Below, piece by piece: positions 1 through 19,061 of a DNA stretch of 64,000 nucleotides. Origin of the DNA: the human T2T-CHM13v2.0 reference genome, Homo sapiens; the NCBI RefSeq assembly GCF_009914755.1, contig NC_060929.1, one strand, 5' to 3'. The notes below the pieces were generated by a model that was not told the origin of the DNA, ran no database searches, and saw only the letters and a list, made by a program, of their open reading frames with translations. A program made the translations under genes and the position numbers. The first letter of the stretch is position 1, and each line of letters starts with the position of its first letter.

Positions 1-114
1 ATCCTCTGTCATCTGAGGAAATAGCTGGAGGGAATCACTAGCTACACCCATTACAATAACCCCCACCAGGAGAACACTACTTCATGATCCTTGACCTCTC
101 TCTGCCACTCAGTC

Positions 115-528
115 TGTAGTGGGTTGAGTGGAGGCCTCCCAAAAATTCATGTCTACCCCAAAATTCACGATGCGACCTTATTTAGAAATAGGGTCTTTGC
201 AGACACAGTTAGTTAAGTAACTTAAGACAAAATCATAATGGATTTCTAGGGTGATCCTTAAGTCCAATGGCTGGTGTCCTTACAAGAGGAGGAGACACAC
301 AGGGAAGAAGGCCATGTGAAGATGGTGGCGGAGACTGGAGTGATGCAGCCACAAGCCAAGGAATGCCTGGGGCCACCAGATGCTGGGAGGATCCTCCTCT
401 GAAGTCCTCAGAAGAAGCATGACCCTGCTGACACCTTGAATCTGGACTCCTAACTTCCAGAAGTGTGAGATAATAAATTTCTGTTATTTGGTGGCACATT
501 ATTACGGCAAACCTAGGAAACTAATATG
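115..528 (+). mobile_element. MaLR LTR, MLT1C-like
   Basis: Begins TGTAGTGGGTTGA. Contains typical MLT1 blocks (GACCTTATTTAGAAATAGGGTCTTTGCAGA, CCCTGCTGACACCTTGA, AATAAATTTCTGTT) and ends GGAAACTAATA. Confidence 0.8.
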
Positions 529-533
529 AAATC

Positions 534-893
534 TGTCTTAGTCCATTCAGGCTGCTATAACAAAATACCTTAGACTGGGTAGCTTATAAACAACAGACAT
601 TTATTTCCCACAGTTGTGGAGGCTGGGCTGTCCAAGATCAAGGCCCTGGCAGATTCGGTGTCTGGTGAGGACCCGCTTTCTGTCATTTCCTAGATGATGC
701 CTTCTAGTTGTGCCCTCACATGGTGGAAGAGACTAGCTAGCTCTCCAAGGTCTTTTATAATCCCAGTCAAGAGGGATCTCCCCTCGTGACCTAATCACTT
801 CCCAAAGGCCCTACCTCCTGATACCATCACTTTGGGGGTTAGAATTTCAACTTATGAATTGGGGTAGAGGGGATCACAGCATTCAGACCATAA
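534..893 (-). mobile_element. MaLR LTR, MLT1A0-like
   Basis: TGTCTTAGTCCATTCAGGCTGCTATAACAAAATACC...CATTCAGACCATA is the reverse complement of an MLT1A-type LTR. Confidence 0.8.
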
Positions 894-3169
894 GGCAGTC
901 CATATTTCCCAGAGGATCTTCTCAAACTGTGTCTGCCTCCTCAGCCAGCAGTGCCTCAGCAGGCACCATACAGCCCCAAATGCTGCCTCACTGGCTCAGG
1001 TCCTTGGGCTTCCACCCCTTTTGTTTTTCCCCTAGAGAAAAGTGGCAGGAGCAGCCAGGTGGCTTTATCCCCTCTGCCACTCCAAGAACGAGTCTGACAT
1101 TCTGTAACCATACCACTTCCTCCTGACAGTGGGAATCAACCCCACCACCTCAAAGGTGCCAGGTAACTCAAGGGGATGTGCCAGGCCATCCCTAGGAAGG
1201 TGAGTGCTGTGAGGCCTGTCCAGAGTCCAGTCTTCTCTGAGGACCAGGCAGCAAGGTCCCACCTGCAACCTTACAGTGAGGTGGTAGTGCAGCCTACAGT
1301 CATTTGGGGAAACATTCTCCCACGCTGCTCATCAACTGTTCAGCATGCTTTGACTTTCTCTGCCCAAACTGGCTATAGCCAGTTTGCCTATGACAGGAGA
1401 GGGCTTCAGCCATTTACCCTCAGAGGCCACCTTGTGAATGGTCCTTTTTATTCTGGGCAGTGGGGGTCACCCTTTCCCCTGCCACAGCAGTCTGCTTTCC
1501 CCTTAGGTCAAGTCCTGAGATTTTTAGCCCTCCAGGGAGGAGTGTGGCCATCACTCGTCGCCTGGGTTAACAGCAGGCAAGCCTGTAAGTTTCACCCAGC
1601 ACCTTGAGACACTTACTTCTGAAGCTTGCAGTATGAACCTGGGCTGTATACCCAGCAACCCAGCATCCTCACGAAGAACAAGTGAGAGTGCAGACATGAG
1701 GACATCCGTGCAGTGAGCACACAGCTGCATCAAATCGCACCCCGCCAGCCCACAGCCTATGGCTTTGGAGCAGGGCCCTGGAGTGAGGTACTACCTCTTG
1801 CCACCCCTGGGTGCCACCAGGAAACACCCTCCCTCCAGGGATGCTCAGGCAGCAGCCGTTAGTGTAGGCTTATTTCTGACAGACCCAGCTGTAATCCTAG
1901 TACAGGAGCCGGGCTGGCCACCTCGCCCCTGCCACTGGCACAGCAATTTCCCCTTTCCCTACTTCGACCTGGCTTAGACTTCTAAGTCTATCGTCCTTAG
2001 ATGATACACCCACTACACCAGGAGAGGGCCCTTTCCAACTCCCAGGCTGTTTTTGATTGACCAGATGGACAACTGGATTTGAGCAGAATTCAGAGGTGAC
2101 AGCAATAAACCCACGATTAGGCAGGGGCAGCACCTGTGGGTCTGGGCTCCACACCATGCCTGGACAGTGCAATTAGAGGAGTGAGAGGCATTGAGATGAT
2201 CCTGGTCCTCACCAGGTATTACCAGCATCTGAGCAGGGGCTAAGCAGCAAATTCCATGTGGTTTCGTGTGGCATGGACATGACTGGGAGCAGGGCCAGCC
2301 TGCTCCTGAGACCCCCCTCATGCTCCAGCATGGCTGGCTGCCCCTGCATGTTGGCTGATTCACAGAAGAGCCTGGATTGTGCCCAGGATGGCAGGTCCCA
2401 TTTGCTAGGCTTTGTCCCCATGACTAGAGGGCAGGTGTCCTCCAAGTTTCACCTCCAGAACCTATTCCAAGATAGTTGTTCCTCCCTCCACTCCTGGCCC
2501 AAGGGAAGGTGTGCTGAGTGCTCAGGTGACTCTTCCATCTCAGCAAACCCCCTTCCACAGGCCCTCATGCCCCCATAGAGGACCCCACAGTGCCTGCAGC
2601 TCAGGACCCTCAAATGCCCTGGGCTCCAGTCAGGCCTCCCAGGAGACAGGGCTCTTGCCTGTATTTCCCTCTTTCCTCATTTTCCACATAAACTTGAAGT
2701 TCTTCTTATCAATACTTTTAACTATGCCAAAAGCTAGCCCTAACCATGCTGTCTATCCAGGCTTAAATTTTGGCAAGAATAAGGCCAGGGTCTTATTGAA
2801 GATTGCTTTCACTTTGGTTTATCACCAAACCAGCCAACAAGCAGTGGTGAGTACACATGAGATAAGGACACAAAGGAAGTCGAGACGCTCCCCGCGGCCC
2901 CACAGTCTCTCCTGAAGATGGGCCTAACGTCATAGTCAGCATCTGCATGGAGTGGCATGGGGTGAGCATTGCCCAGGTCACAGACGCTCAGAGCCTTGGG
3001 CTCCAGGAGGCCAGGAGAGGGGCCATGTCAGCACCAAGGGTTTTCTTGCCACTGTAAAGAGGGCCATCACTGCACTCATGCTTCCTCTTTCCTGGTCTAG
3101 TTGTCCCAGAGCAGGCCTGTACAACCTCCCACCATACATCATAAAAGTGACAGAGAATACTTGTTAAAT

Positions 3170-3285
3170 GCTACATGCATACGTATGAATGCACTGAATC
3201 ATTACAGCAATTGTTATTACTCCTATTTTCCATATGAGGAAACTGAGGCACAGAAAAATTCAGTGACTTGCCTAGTCCAGCTCTC
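3170..3285 (-). mobile_element. MIR fragment
   Basis: MIR core motif CCTATTTTCCATATGAGGAAACTGAGGCACAGA...GTGACTTGCC. Confidence 0.7.
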
Positions 3286-3598
3286 CTCAGGCATGGAGAA
3301 GAGGGACAAGTGAGTCCTCCAGCTGTTAGTCTGGGGCACCACAGCATGCATCCTGCTTTCAGAAATCTCCTGATCCAAAGACGTGCTCTTTCCCAATCTT
3401 CTTGAAATGCCCCTAAACTTCAGGAAGTTATGTCCAACATTCTCTCTCTCATGAAGTAAAAAGAGGGCTGCTGAAGTCAGCCAACAAATTTGGCCCCTCC
3501 CCAGTTTTTGCTTTGACGTCCCTCCCCTAGTAGAGAGAAGGAATACTTGGTCCTTTCGGTTTCCTCCACAATCTTCATCTTCCCTGGCAAAGTTTCCA

Positions 3599-3682
3599 CT
3601 GAGCCCACCCACTGAACATGGCCAGATGATAGCCACAGGTCTGAGCCCACCCATCGAACATGGCCAGATGATAGCCACAGGT
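3599..3682 (+). repeat. 42-bp tandem duplication (2 copies)
   Basis: CTGAGCCCACCCA(CT/TC)GAACATGGCCAGATGATAGCCACAGGT occurs at 3599-3640 and 3641-3682 with 2 mismatches. Confidence 0.95.
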
Positions 3683-4734
3683 CCAGCTAGCTGTTTGAAG
3701 CCTCAGATGACTGCCACAAGTAAAATGATGCCCTGCGGTCCAGCAAGGGTAAAGCCTTCTCCAGAGTACCTCTTCCAGAATGTTCTCATAAGGTTGAACC
3801 TTTCCTGGGTACGCTACGAGCTACCCGAGCAATGCAAGTGATCACCAGGAGTGGCTGGCAACAGGAGATAGGGAGACAGGAATGTTTGTGTTAAAACACC
3901 CCCCAAGAGATTTTGACAGCAACCCACCCCTGGGTAAGCTCCAGGAATAAAAATGTGAAATCTCACCTTCCCAATCTGGTCTTCGTATTTTTTACTTTTT
4001 TCTGATGATAGAAAATAAAATATACTCATTATAAATTTTTAAAATTAAATTAAAAGTGAATAAAGTAGAAAGTGGAAAGCCTCTAAAGTCTAGCCTCCTC
4101 AAAAAAAAATCCTCAAGTAATAGATGGGTGCATATCTTCTAGAGCTTTCTATACCTACATAAATAGATGTAACATTGACCACTTAGCCAAGCTATCATGT
4201 GTCTTAATGTTCCAGCAGTAACATGGGCTTCTAACACATTGAAAATGTAAATTAACCATTATAGATACTTAAGGTGAGTTGATTTTTATAATAATGGCTG
4301 GCTTCTGTATTTTTCCCTATAGTTTTGTTCTGCTATCTCCAGCACAACTCTTCCTGTTCCTACATCTCCAAGCATGAGGTAACAGTTCTGCATGAGTTGG
4401 TCAGGTGACACAGATTAAACTGGCCCAACCATGTCCCAGATGACAGGAATTTGTTCTGAATACTGGGATGTCACCCGCCTGGGTGCTTGCTTTAGTGAGA
4501 TGACAGCATGATACCCTCAGGTTGATGACAAGTGATGGTGCTTATTGTTCAAGAGAACAGATCCAGGTGTCTTGGGTGAGGGAAGGAGGTCCTAGAATCC
4601 AGAAATTCCAGGAAGTCTCTTCTTCCCCTATTAAAAAACAAGTGCACAAGGTTTGACAGGATTCATGTGATGGCCATGGGCCCAGCTTGGTAAAAGCCTG
4701 CCCTGGAGAATCTAATGGGTCAGCTTAGGGAGAT

Positions 4735-4903
4735 ACCACAGTGCAATCTATGAATCAGGAAGCAGGCCCTCACCAGACACTGAATCTGCTGGTGCCTTGA
4801 TCTTGGACTTCCCAGCCTCCAGAACTGTGAGAACTAAAAGTCTGCTCCTTATGAATCACGCAGTCCATGACATTTTGTCATAGCATCAAAATAAACTAAG
4901 ATA
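4735..4903 (+). mobile_element. MLT1A-type LTR, 3' half
   Basis: GGCCCTCACCAGACACTGAATCTGCTGGTGCCTTGATCTTGGACTTCCCAGCCTCCAGAACTGTGAGA...ACTAAGATA. Confidence 0.8.
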
Positions 4904-6545
4904 CCGCCTCTCTTGTGTACAAAACCTGCCTATGGACCTCTCAGACCTCCATGAATTCCAGGCTAAGAACCCCTGCCTTTAATTAGAGGAAAAAATATTC
5001 AGCAATTCTCTGCCATCCCACACAGTTGCCCAACTTTTCCTGGGTTAAAGTGCACTATTATAAAAAAAAAACCTGAAAGATGAAGAACTAAAATGAAGAA
5101 ACAGCTCTCACTAGGAGAACACCCCATCTAACATCCATAAGTAAGACATGTTTTATCTGTACGGTTGCCATTTATTTTTCTAACTTAGGTAATTCATCTG
5201 AACATATTTTTCTTTTCATTTCCAGTCAGTATATGAAAGAAGTTTTAGCTTCATAATTTTAGTTCTTGGGGAATTTGGTAAAACGTACTAGCCATCATAT
5301 TCTTGGGTTGAATCTTCTCCATAGCAATAAATCTCAGAAAAAAATAAAAGAAAGATGATGCACTGCATCATTTCTAATTCCAATACTATTTCTGGTTTAA
5401 CATATGACTTTTAGGTCTTTGTTAACATTTTTGTCTAGCTTTGTGCAAATAGATGGGAAAATATCTAATGTGGTACAAAAATATAACTGTAAAATAAAAG
5501 CTCTAGGTAAAGCCATAAGCAGGAATAATCAGCTACAAAAATATCTCTCAAGTTGAATAATAGAGTTTTAGCTCAACTATCAATTTTGAATACAATTACA
5601 GCCCAGTAGTTAGCAGATCATTCAGAAATGGATATTTTACTGTTCTACTTTTCAAATTACAATGTGGAACTTTTAGCAATAAAGGGCAGTTTGAAGAAGT
5701 GAAAAGTCATAAAATGGGAAATGGAACATATCTAGCAGGAGTAAGGGGAAAAGGGAAGTGTGAGGAGCGTTTAATGGGGCTGGCATCACTATGGCTTTAG
5801 GAAGAGAATCACTTCTGATCTGAATGTCCCAAGAGATGGGGTAATAAAGGAATGCTGGATGAGTTCAATTTAAAAAAAATAGAGTAAATGCTCTGAAATG
5901 AATATTGAGGAGAAAAATGCACACTATGTCTGCTAAAATTAAAATTAGTATTGGTAAATTGGAATCATCAATAGAAAAATGCTATGCCAACTGCAATTTA
6001 AGGATATGACCACCTGGAAGCAAATACATACTCAAGACAAGTTCATTAAAGTGATTATTTCTCTAAATCTGGTAAAATTCCTATCCAGAAGATATTCCCT
6101 ATGCTCCAAGCCAAAACAGACAAAGTTGGGCTCAAAAACATCTCCTATCTCACACAAGAAAGAAATTTTAAAATTTCAGTTCATTGAGGAGGGCTGAAGT
6201 CTCTGAGGGAGACACTATCTCTAACCTCCAATGCTCTGAGCAAACCTACCATTTGCTCCAGAAGAAGACAGCATCCCTATCTTGCCATACAAACAGCCTT
6301 GAAAAGTTGGTCCAGAACAAAGGCTGTCAGTGCTGCTTTTGCAAAGACATTCAGAAACGCAAATGACAATTGCACTGACACAGAGTCCTCTTCAACAGCA
6401 ATAGGTGTCAGAAGACAATGGAACAATATCATTGACGTAATAAGAAAAAGCTTAGAATTTTATCCCCTCAAGAGTGAAGGCAACATAAAAGTATTGTCAG
6501 ATAAATGTAACCATTATAACGAGCTATCAAAATTTGGGGATATAT

Positions 6546-6826
6546 GGCTGGGTGCAGTGGCTCACACCTGTAATCCCAGCACTTTAGGAGGCTGAGGCAG
6601 GCGGATCGCCTGAGGTGAAGAGTTAGAGACCAGCCTGGCCAACATGGAGAAACCCTATCTCTACTAAAAAATCCAAACATGCACACCTGTAATCCCAGCT
6701 ACTCAGGGGGCTGAGGAAGGAGAATTGCTTGAACTCGGGAGGTGGAGGTTGCAGTGAGCTGAGATCACACCACTGCACTCAAGACTGGGTGACAGAGTGA
6801 GACTCCATCTCAAAAAAAAAAAAAAA
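6546..6826 (+). mobile_element. AluS with short internal deletion
   Basis: GGCTGGGTGCAGTGGCTCAC start and poly(A) tail. Start of right monomer is missing. TSD approx AAAA(T/G)TGGGGATATA. Confidence 0.95.
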
Positions 6827-9264
6827 GTGGGGATATAATCATAAAGCAACTGAAAATTACTAATTTCTGCTTCTCATTTTCCCTTTAAAACTACTAGTCG
6901 ACAAGTCCTTCTACTTCTGGATAAAAACAGCCCTGTGAATTTTCTGCTCACTGTGAGAATGAAAAACTTTTAAAGACCTAAATCACAAAACAAAACATCA
7001 ATTTCACATTTTAAATATTCAATAAGCATCAAAATTCAAAGTTTGATTCCCAGTTGAAGTTTTTCTCCCTCCCCCAGGTCAGGGTGTTGCAGGTGAAAAA
7101 CTTGTAGTCAAGGAAGAGGGTAGCATAGGCTCTTCTCCTTTCCCCAGCTGTACTTCTATGCCTCCTCCCTAAATATGGCTTCTGATCCCTCCAGGTCAAG
7201 CAGAAAAAAGAAGAGGCAAGGGCAGCAGGAAGTCTCCCACTGACTAGTATGGGGAAGTGAGCTAGCATCTGTGCTCTCAGGGTTGTGCAAGTGTTTATAT
7301 CTGACTCTTTTTGTCATGGTGCTTTCAGGGGTCTTCTGAGACTTCCCTCTGCCATCCATAAAAACTATTCATGAAGTTCCCTTGATGAGCATGAGTCTTT
7401 TCCAGCAGGTAAAGACCCTTTCATGTCCATCAAGAGAACTACATGAGACTTTCCTGCTCATCAAGGGAACTCCTGGAGACCCCTTCTCTGGTCTCTAGGA
7501 ATATGGTGAGACCTCCATTTTCTCTCTTCTTGGAGACAATTTTCCTCTCCATGTGGCCTCTTGGGCAAGACTTAAAAGGCCACACACTGGCTTTCTTAGG
7601 TATATAGTCCATATCTAGTCCACAAAATGCATTCAAACATCCTTTGCCTCCACAAACTCTGGGAAAGTAATGATCTTCCAAAGACGCCCTCTCCCTTGTT
7701 GCCAAAAGCCACATTAGCCTGTCTTAGCATTGCAGTATCACCAACCTGACTCAGTCACCATCTATTCTATCTTCCAAAATGCAAGGCATTCATACTACTC
7801 TTTTTGGCAGTCCTCTCAAAATGCTTCTTAATTTGCAGTTAGGAAGTTATTTAATAAGGTACAGCACTTTCCAAAAGTAAATTATGATCTTCAAAACTCT
7901 TCATTTGATTTTTATTCTTCCGTTTCTTGTTCTCTCCAACTTCTTTATAAGACATTGATTAGTAATCAAATTTGAATAGAGTCAAATCTGAATGAGTAGA
8001 AAAGTTGGTTTTCTGCCATTTTGTTTTACAGTCCTTTGGAATATAGCTTGTGTCATCTTCATGGCTGGGAAATGTTCCATTTTACCACCTTGTTACACAT
8101 CAGGTAACTCTTCCTGAAGAGCTATGTATTCAAGCAGGAAAAAAAAATGAACCCACAGAGAAAGCCTTGTATACAAGGAACAGAAATTGATAATGTCAAT
8201 AAATTTAATCATTAATTACCTCAAAGTTACTAATACTGCCATTTTTAAAAAGGATGGGAGTTCCCAGTTAAACATGTGAATTAAACAGATTTATTTATCT
8301 TGATTTGCTATTAAAACTCCACTATAGGGACAATAAAGACATTTTTAAGGTCATAAATACACAAGGACAGTGGGGAAGGCAATGACAGCTGAACAGAGAT
8401 ATCAACAAAATATTTGAAGCCAGAAAGCAGATGTATGTGTATAACGAATTTAAAAGAGCAACGGAAACTGAAATTGATGTGCTTATGAGTGAGAACATGA
8501 AAAAGAAGCAAGCTGATTCAATACACACCTCCAAAGACAGGAATTGGGGGCACCTTTGCCGACAGGGCTTGGAGACAAGGATGAAAACAGAAAACTTGGT
8601 TGGAAGTCTTTAAAAAGGCCTGTAGACATGAAGTTTCTCTTTAACCCCAGATAACCAGGCAACTCTACCTCCCTTACATTGGCAGTACACTACAGCTTTG
8701 CAGCTCTGACCTCAGTGGCACTGCTGAAAACAGAGGTGAGACCCCTACTGAATTAGGGGATTCAGTGCAAGTGTAAGTCCTGAGTTGAGACCAGCCTCCT
8801 TCTCCATTTATCTATCAGATTGCTGGAAGTAAGGTTTCTGAACTCCAGTAAGGGACAAGGGTAACCCAGGAAAAGTGACAGCACAGTAGCAAGATCTGCA
8901 GACACTGACATTTGAAGGCTCCCAGTGAAATGACCATGTCACTGCATACTCACCATGAAGTCAACAAGCTCCGTCAATGCACAGAGTCCCAATTACCCCA
9001 TCTTAAAAAATGAGCCACCAGTTTTTCCTAAGAAAACTAAGGAGGCTTTCCTTATATATTTAGAGATCCTTGTCTAGTGGTTTATATTTATTGCTACAGT
9101 AACCCTGCATGGCAAATAACCACCAAACCTTACCAGAACAAGGATTTGCTTTTCTTTTCCACAGATCCACAGGTCAGCCATAGTTGAGCTAGGCTCACCT
9201 GGGCTCAGGGGGACACTAGGCACTAGAAATCTCTGCCACGTGCTCTTTCTCAAAGGCTGCAGTT

Positions 9265-9875
<611 letters not shown>

Positions 9876-12013
9876 TAAACAAATCACAGGAATAGAAAGC
9901 AAACAGACCTACTGGAACAGGAAGATAGGGCTTATTTTAACAGTTTGAACTAATGGAAACTTGAAATAAAAGGCCTTTTTATAAAAGAGCTGGTTGAGAG
10001 TGTGGAAAGCGAGGAATGAGAAAAGATGCAAGGGAAGAAGAAAACAAACAATTCCTAATAGAAGGAACTAAAAAACGCACAGGAAAGGAAACGGAATCAC
10101 TAAAAAATTATTTGGCTCATCTGTGAACAGGATTTACATAGCTAAAATAAAACGCTGAATATGCGAACCCTTCTATCCCTAAATGTGGAAGGTGGAGGGG
10201 AAATTATATATAAACCTAAACATGTAATATCTATAACCTCATATATACATAATCAACATTTTACAGAGAGAAGATGTGACGAGGGGAAATGCAGGCATGT
10301 GAGGGTTGTATAATAGTATGGCAAAGCTAAATCCTGATCTTTCATAGTATAAAGTCAACAGTAATAAAACTGTAACCTAAAACTGAAAAGCCAAGAAATA
10401 GCATTATCTGCATCATATTTAGAATTATAGAGGGAAAGACATGAGAAAACAGCAACAAGAATAGAAAGTGTTTGCTGATGGGAGTGGTAAAAGATGGAGA
10501 AAAGGAACACCTTTTTCATTATATAAATTATGCAAAATGCTAATTGCCTTATGTAAAAATTAAATTTAAAAAAAGCAAAATTAAAACCCCAGACAAAAGT
10601 AATAAGCTGGGAGGGTATCAATGAGTAAGCAATTTTTTGTTGTTGTTGTTTTACTAGGGAGGAGGAAGAAAATACAGAATAATTCTAACCTCTGTTAGAA
10701 AAATGTATAGTCGGAGGTGGCTGGCAAGATGGCTGAATAGGGACAGCTCCAGTCTGCAGCTCCCAGAGAGATCAACACAGAAGGCAGGTGATTTCTGCAT
10801 TTCCAACTGAGGTACCTGGCTCATCTCATTGGAACTGGTTAGACAGTAGGTGCAGCCCGCGGAGGGCAAGCAGAAGCAGGGTGGAGCATCGCCTCACCTG
10901 GGAAGCACAAGGGGTCAGGGAACTCCCTCCCCTAGCCAAGGGAAGCCATTAGGGACTGCAACGTGTACTCCAGCCCAGATACTACACTTTTCCCACGCTC
11001 TTCACCACCGACAGACACGAGATTCCCTCCAGTGCCTACACCACCAGGGCCCTGGATTTCAAGCACAAAACTGGGTGGCCGTTTAGGCAGACATCGAGCT
11101 AGCCACAGGAGTTTCTTTTCGTACCCCAGTGGCGCCTGGAACACCAGCGAGACAGAACTGCTCACACCCCTGAAAAGGGGGCTGAAGTCAGGGAGCCAAG
11201 TGGTCTAGCTCAGTGAATCCCACCCCCACATACCCCAGCAAACTAAGACCCACTGGCTTAAAATTCTCACTGCTCCAGCTTGGTGGAGGGAGGGACATCC
11301 ACCATTACTGAGGCTTAAGTAGGCAGTTTTCCCCTCACAGCATAAACAAAGCCACCAGGAAGCTCAAACTGGGCAGAGCCCACCGCAGCTTGGCAAAGCC
11401 ACTGTAACCAGACTGGCTCTCTAGATTCCTCCTCTCTGGGCAGGGCATCTCTGAAAGAAAGGCAGCAGCCTGAGTCAGGGACTTATAGATAAAACTCCCA
11501 TCTCCCTCGGACAGAGAACCTGGGGGAAAGGGAGGCTATGAGCGCAGCTTCAGCAGACTTAAACATTCCTGCCTTCCAGCTCTGAAGAGAGCAGCAGATC
11601 CCCCAGCACAACATTCAAGCTCTGCTAAGTGACAGACTACCTCCTCAAGCAGGTCCCTGAACCCCATGCCTCCTGACTGGGAGACACCTCCCACCAGCAG
11701 TCGACAGGTATCTGATACAGGAGAGCTCTGACTGGCATCTGGCGGGTGCCCCTCTGGGATGAAGCTTCCAGGCAAAGGAACAGGCAGCAATCTTTGCTGG
11801 TCTGCAGCTTCCGCTGGTGATACCCAGGCAAACAGGGTCTGGAGTGGACCTCCAGCAAACACTAGCAGACCTGTAGCAGAGGGGCCTGACTGTTAGAAGG
11901 AAAACTAACAAACAGAAAGGAACAGTATCAACATCAACAAAAAGGACATCCACTCAGAGACCCCATCCAAAGGTCACCAACATCAAAGACCAAAGGTAGA
12001 TAAGTCCATGAAG

Positions 12014-13020
12014 ATGGGGAGAAAGCAGCACAAAAAGGCTGAAAATTGCCAAAACCAGAACGCCTCTTCTCCTGCAAAGGATCACAACTCCTCGCCAGCA
12101 AGGGAACAAAACTGCAGGGAGAATGAGTTTGATGAATTGACAGAAGTAGGCTTCAGAAGGTAATAACAAATTCCTCCGAGCTAAAGGAGCATGTTCTAAC
12201 CCAATGCAAGGAAGCTAAGACCCTGAAAAAAGGTTAGACAAATTGCTAACTAGAATAACCAGTTTAGAGAACAACATAAATGAACTGACAGAGCTGAAAA
12301 ACACAGCATGAGAACTTCGTGGAGCATACACAAGTATTAATAGCCGAATCAATCAAGCGGAAGAAAGGATATCAGAGATTGAAGATCAACTTAATGAAAT
12401 AAAGCATGAAGACAAGATTAGAGAAAAAAGAATTAAAACAACAAACAAATCCTCCAAGAAATATGGGACTATGTGAAAAGACCAAACCTACATTTGATGG
12501 GTGTACCTGAAAGTGACAGGGAGAATGGAACCAACTTGCAAAACATACTTCAGGATATTATCCAGGAGAACTTCACCAAGACAGGCCAACATTCAAATTC
12601 AGGAAATACAGAGAACACCACAAAGATACTCCTCGAGAAGAGCAACTCCAAGACACATAATCATCAGATTCACCAAGGTTGAAATGAAGGAAACAATGTT
12701 AAGGGCAGCCAGAGAGAAAGGTGGGGTTACCCACAAAGGGAACCATCAAACTAACAGCAGATTTCTCTGCAGAAACGCTACAAACCAGAAGAGGGTGGGG
12801 GCCAATATTTAACATTCTTAAAGAAAAGAATTTTCAACCCAGAATTTCATATCCAGCCAAACTAAGCTTCATAAGTGAAAGAGAAATAAAATCCTTTACA
12901 GACAAAGAAATGCTGAGAGATTTTGTCACCACCAGACCTGCTCCTGAAGGAAGCACTAAACATGGAAGGGAACAACCGGTACCAGCAACTGCAAAAACAT
13001 ACCAAATTGTAAAGACCTTC
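12014..13020 (+). pseudogene. L1 ORF1p remnant (frameshifted)
   Basis: ATG at 12014. Fragments MKRPNLHLMGVPESD, IQIQEIQRTPQRYSSRRATPRHIIIRF and NFQPRISYPAKLSF lie in different frames. Confidence 0.92.
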
Positions 13021-13075
13021 GATGCTATGAAGAAACTGGATCAACTAAGGGGCAAAATAACCAGCTAGCATCATA

Positions 13076-16885
<3,810 letters not shown>

Positions 16886-17521
16886 ACAGGGAGGGGAACA
16901 TCACACACTAGGGCCTGTCAGTGGGTGGGAGGGCAGGAGGCTAGGGGAAGGATAGCATTAGGAGAAATTCCTAATGTAGATAACGGGTTAATGGGTGCAG
17001 CAAACCACCATGGCACGTGTATAACTATGTAACAAACCTGCATGTTCTGCACATGTATGCCAGAAATTAAAGTATAAGAAAAAAATACATATAGTCAATT
17101 ATAGTTTTTAAAATAACCACTAAAAAAATGGAAATATAATCTATGGATTTCAAAATAACAGAAAGGTTAAAGGAAGACTATAGAAAACTTTATTGATTCA
17201 ACAGAAAGAGGAAAGCAGCAAGAAAATGGGATAATAAACAGAAAACAGAAGCCAATATGGTAGTAATAAGTCCAAACATGTCAGTAATAACAAATAATGT
17301 AAATAATATAGTCGCTTATCAAGAAAGAGACTTACAGTTTAGATTTTTAAAAATTTAACTTAACCTACCTAAAGGTAGGATTGACAGCAAATTAGAGTGT
17401 TTAGCAGTGGTTTTTGTGATGCCTGAGGCTATACTCATTCTTCTTAAATTACCTAGAATGGCAAAGATCAGTAAGTGGCCTTTGGCCCTTCCTCAATACA
17501 TAGTAAGAGCAGAGATGCTGA

Positions 17522-18196
<675 letters not shown>

Positions 18197-18398
18197 TGAA
18201 AACATACATTATCTGAAGGAGAAGGATTATTTAAAAAGATACAAAAATTTTAAATAGATGTAAGTCAATAAAAATAAGCAATGAGGAAAAGACTCCCTAT
18301 TCAACAAATGGTGAATGGTGCTGGGATAACTGGCTATCTATATGCAGAAGAATGAAACTGGACCCCCACCTATCACCATATACAAAAATTAATTCAAA

Positions 18399-19061
<663 letters not shown>

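Noticed and set aside
900-3100. GC-richer stretch with many overlapping 70-140 aa ORFs
   Set aside because: No recognisable protein motif, splice structure or CpG island. It may be degraded ERVL-type sequence, but I cannot assign it.
6900-8100. Possible processed pseudogene on the minus strand
   Set aside because: No recognisable protein, poly(A) tail or TSD. Some words resemble old MaLR-internal sequence, but too weakly to call.
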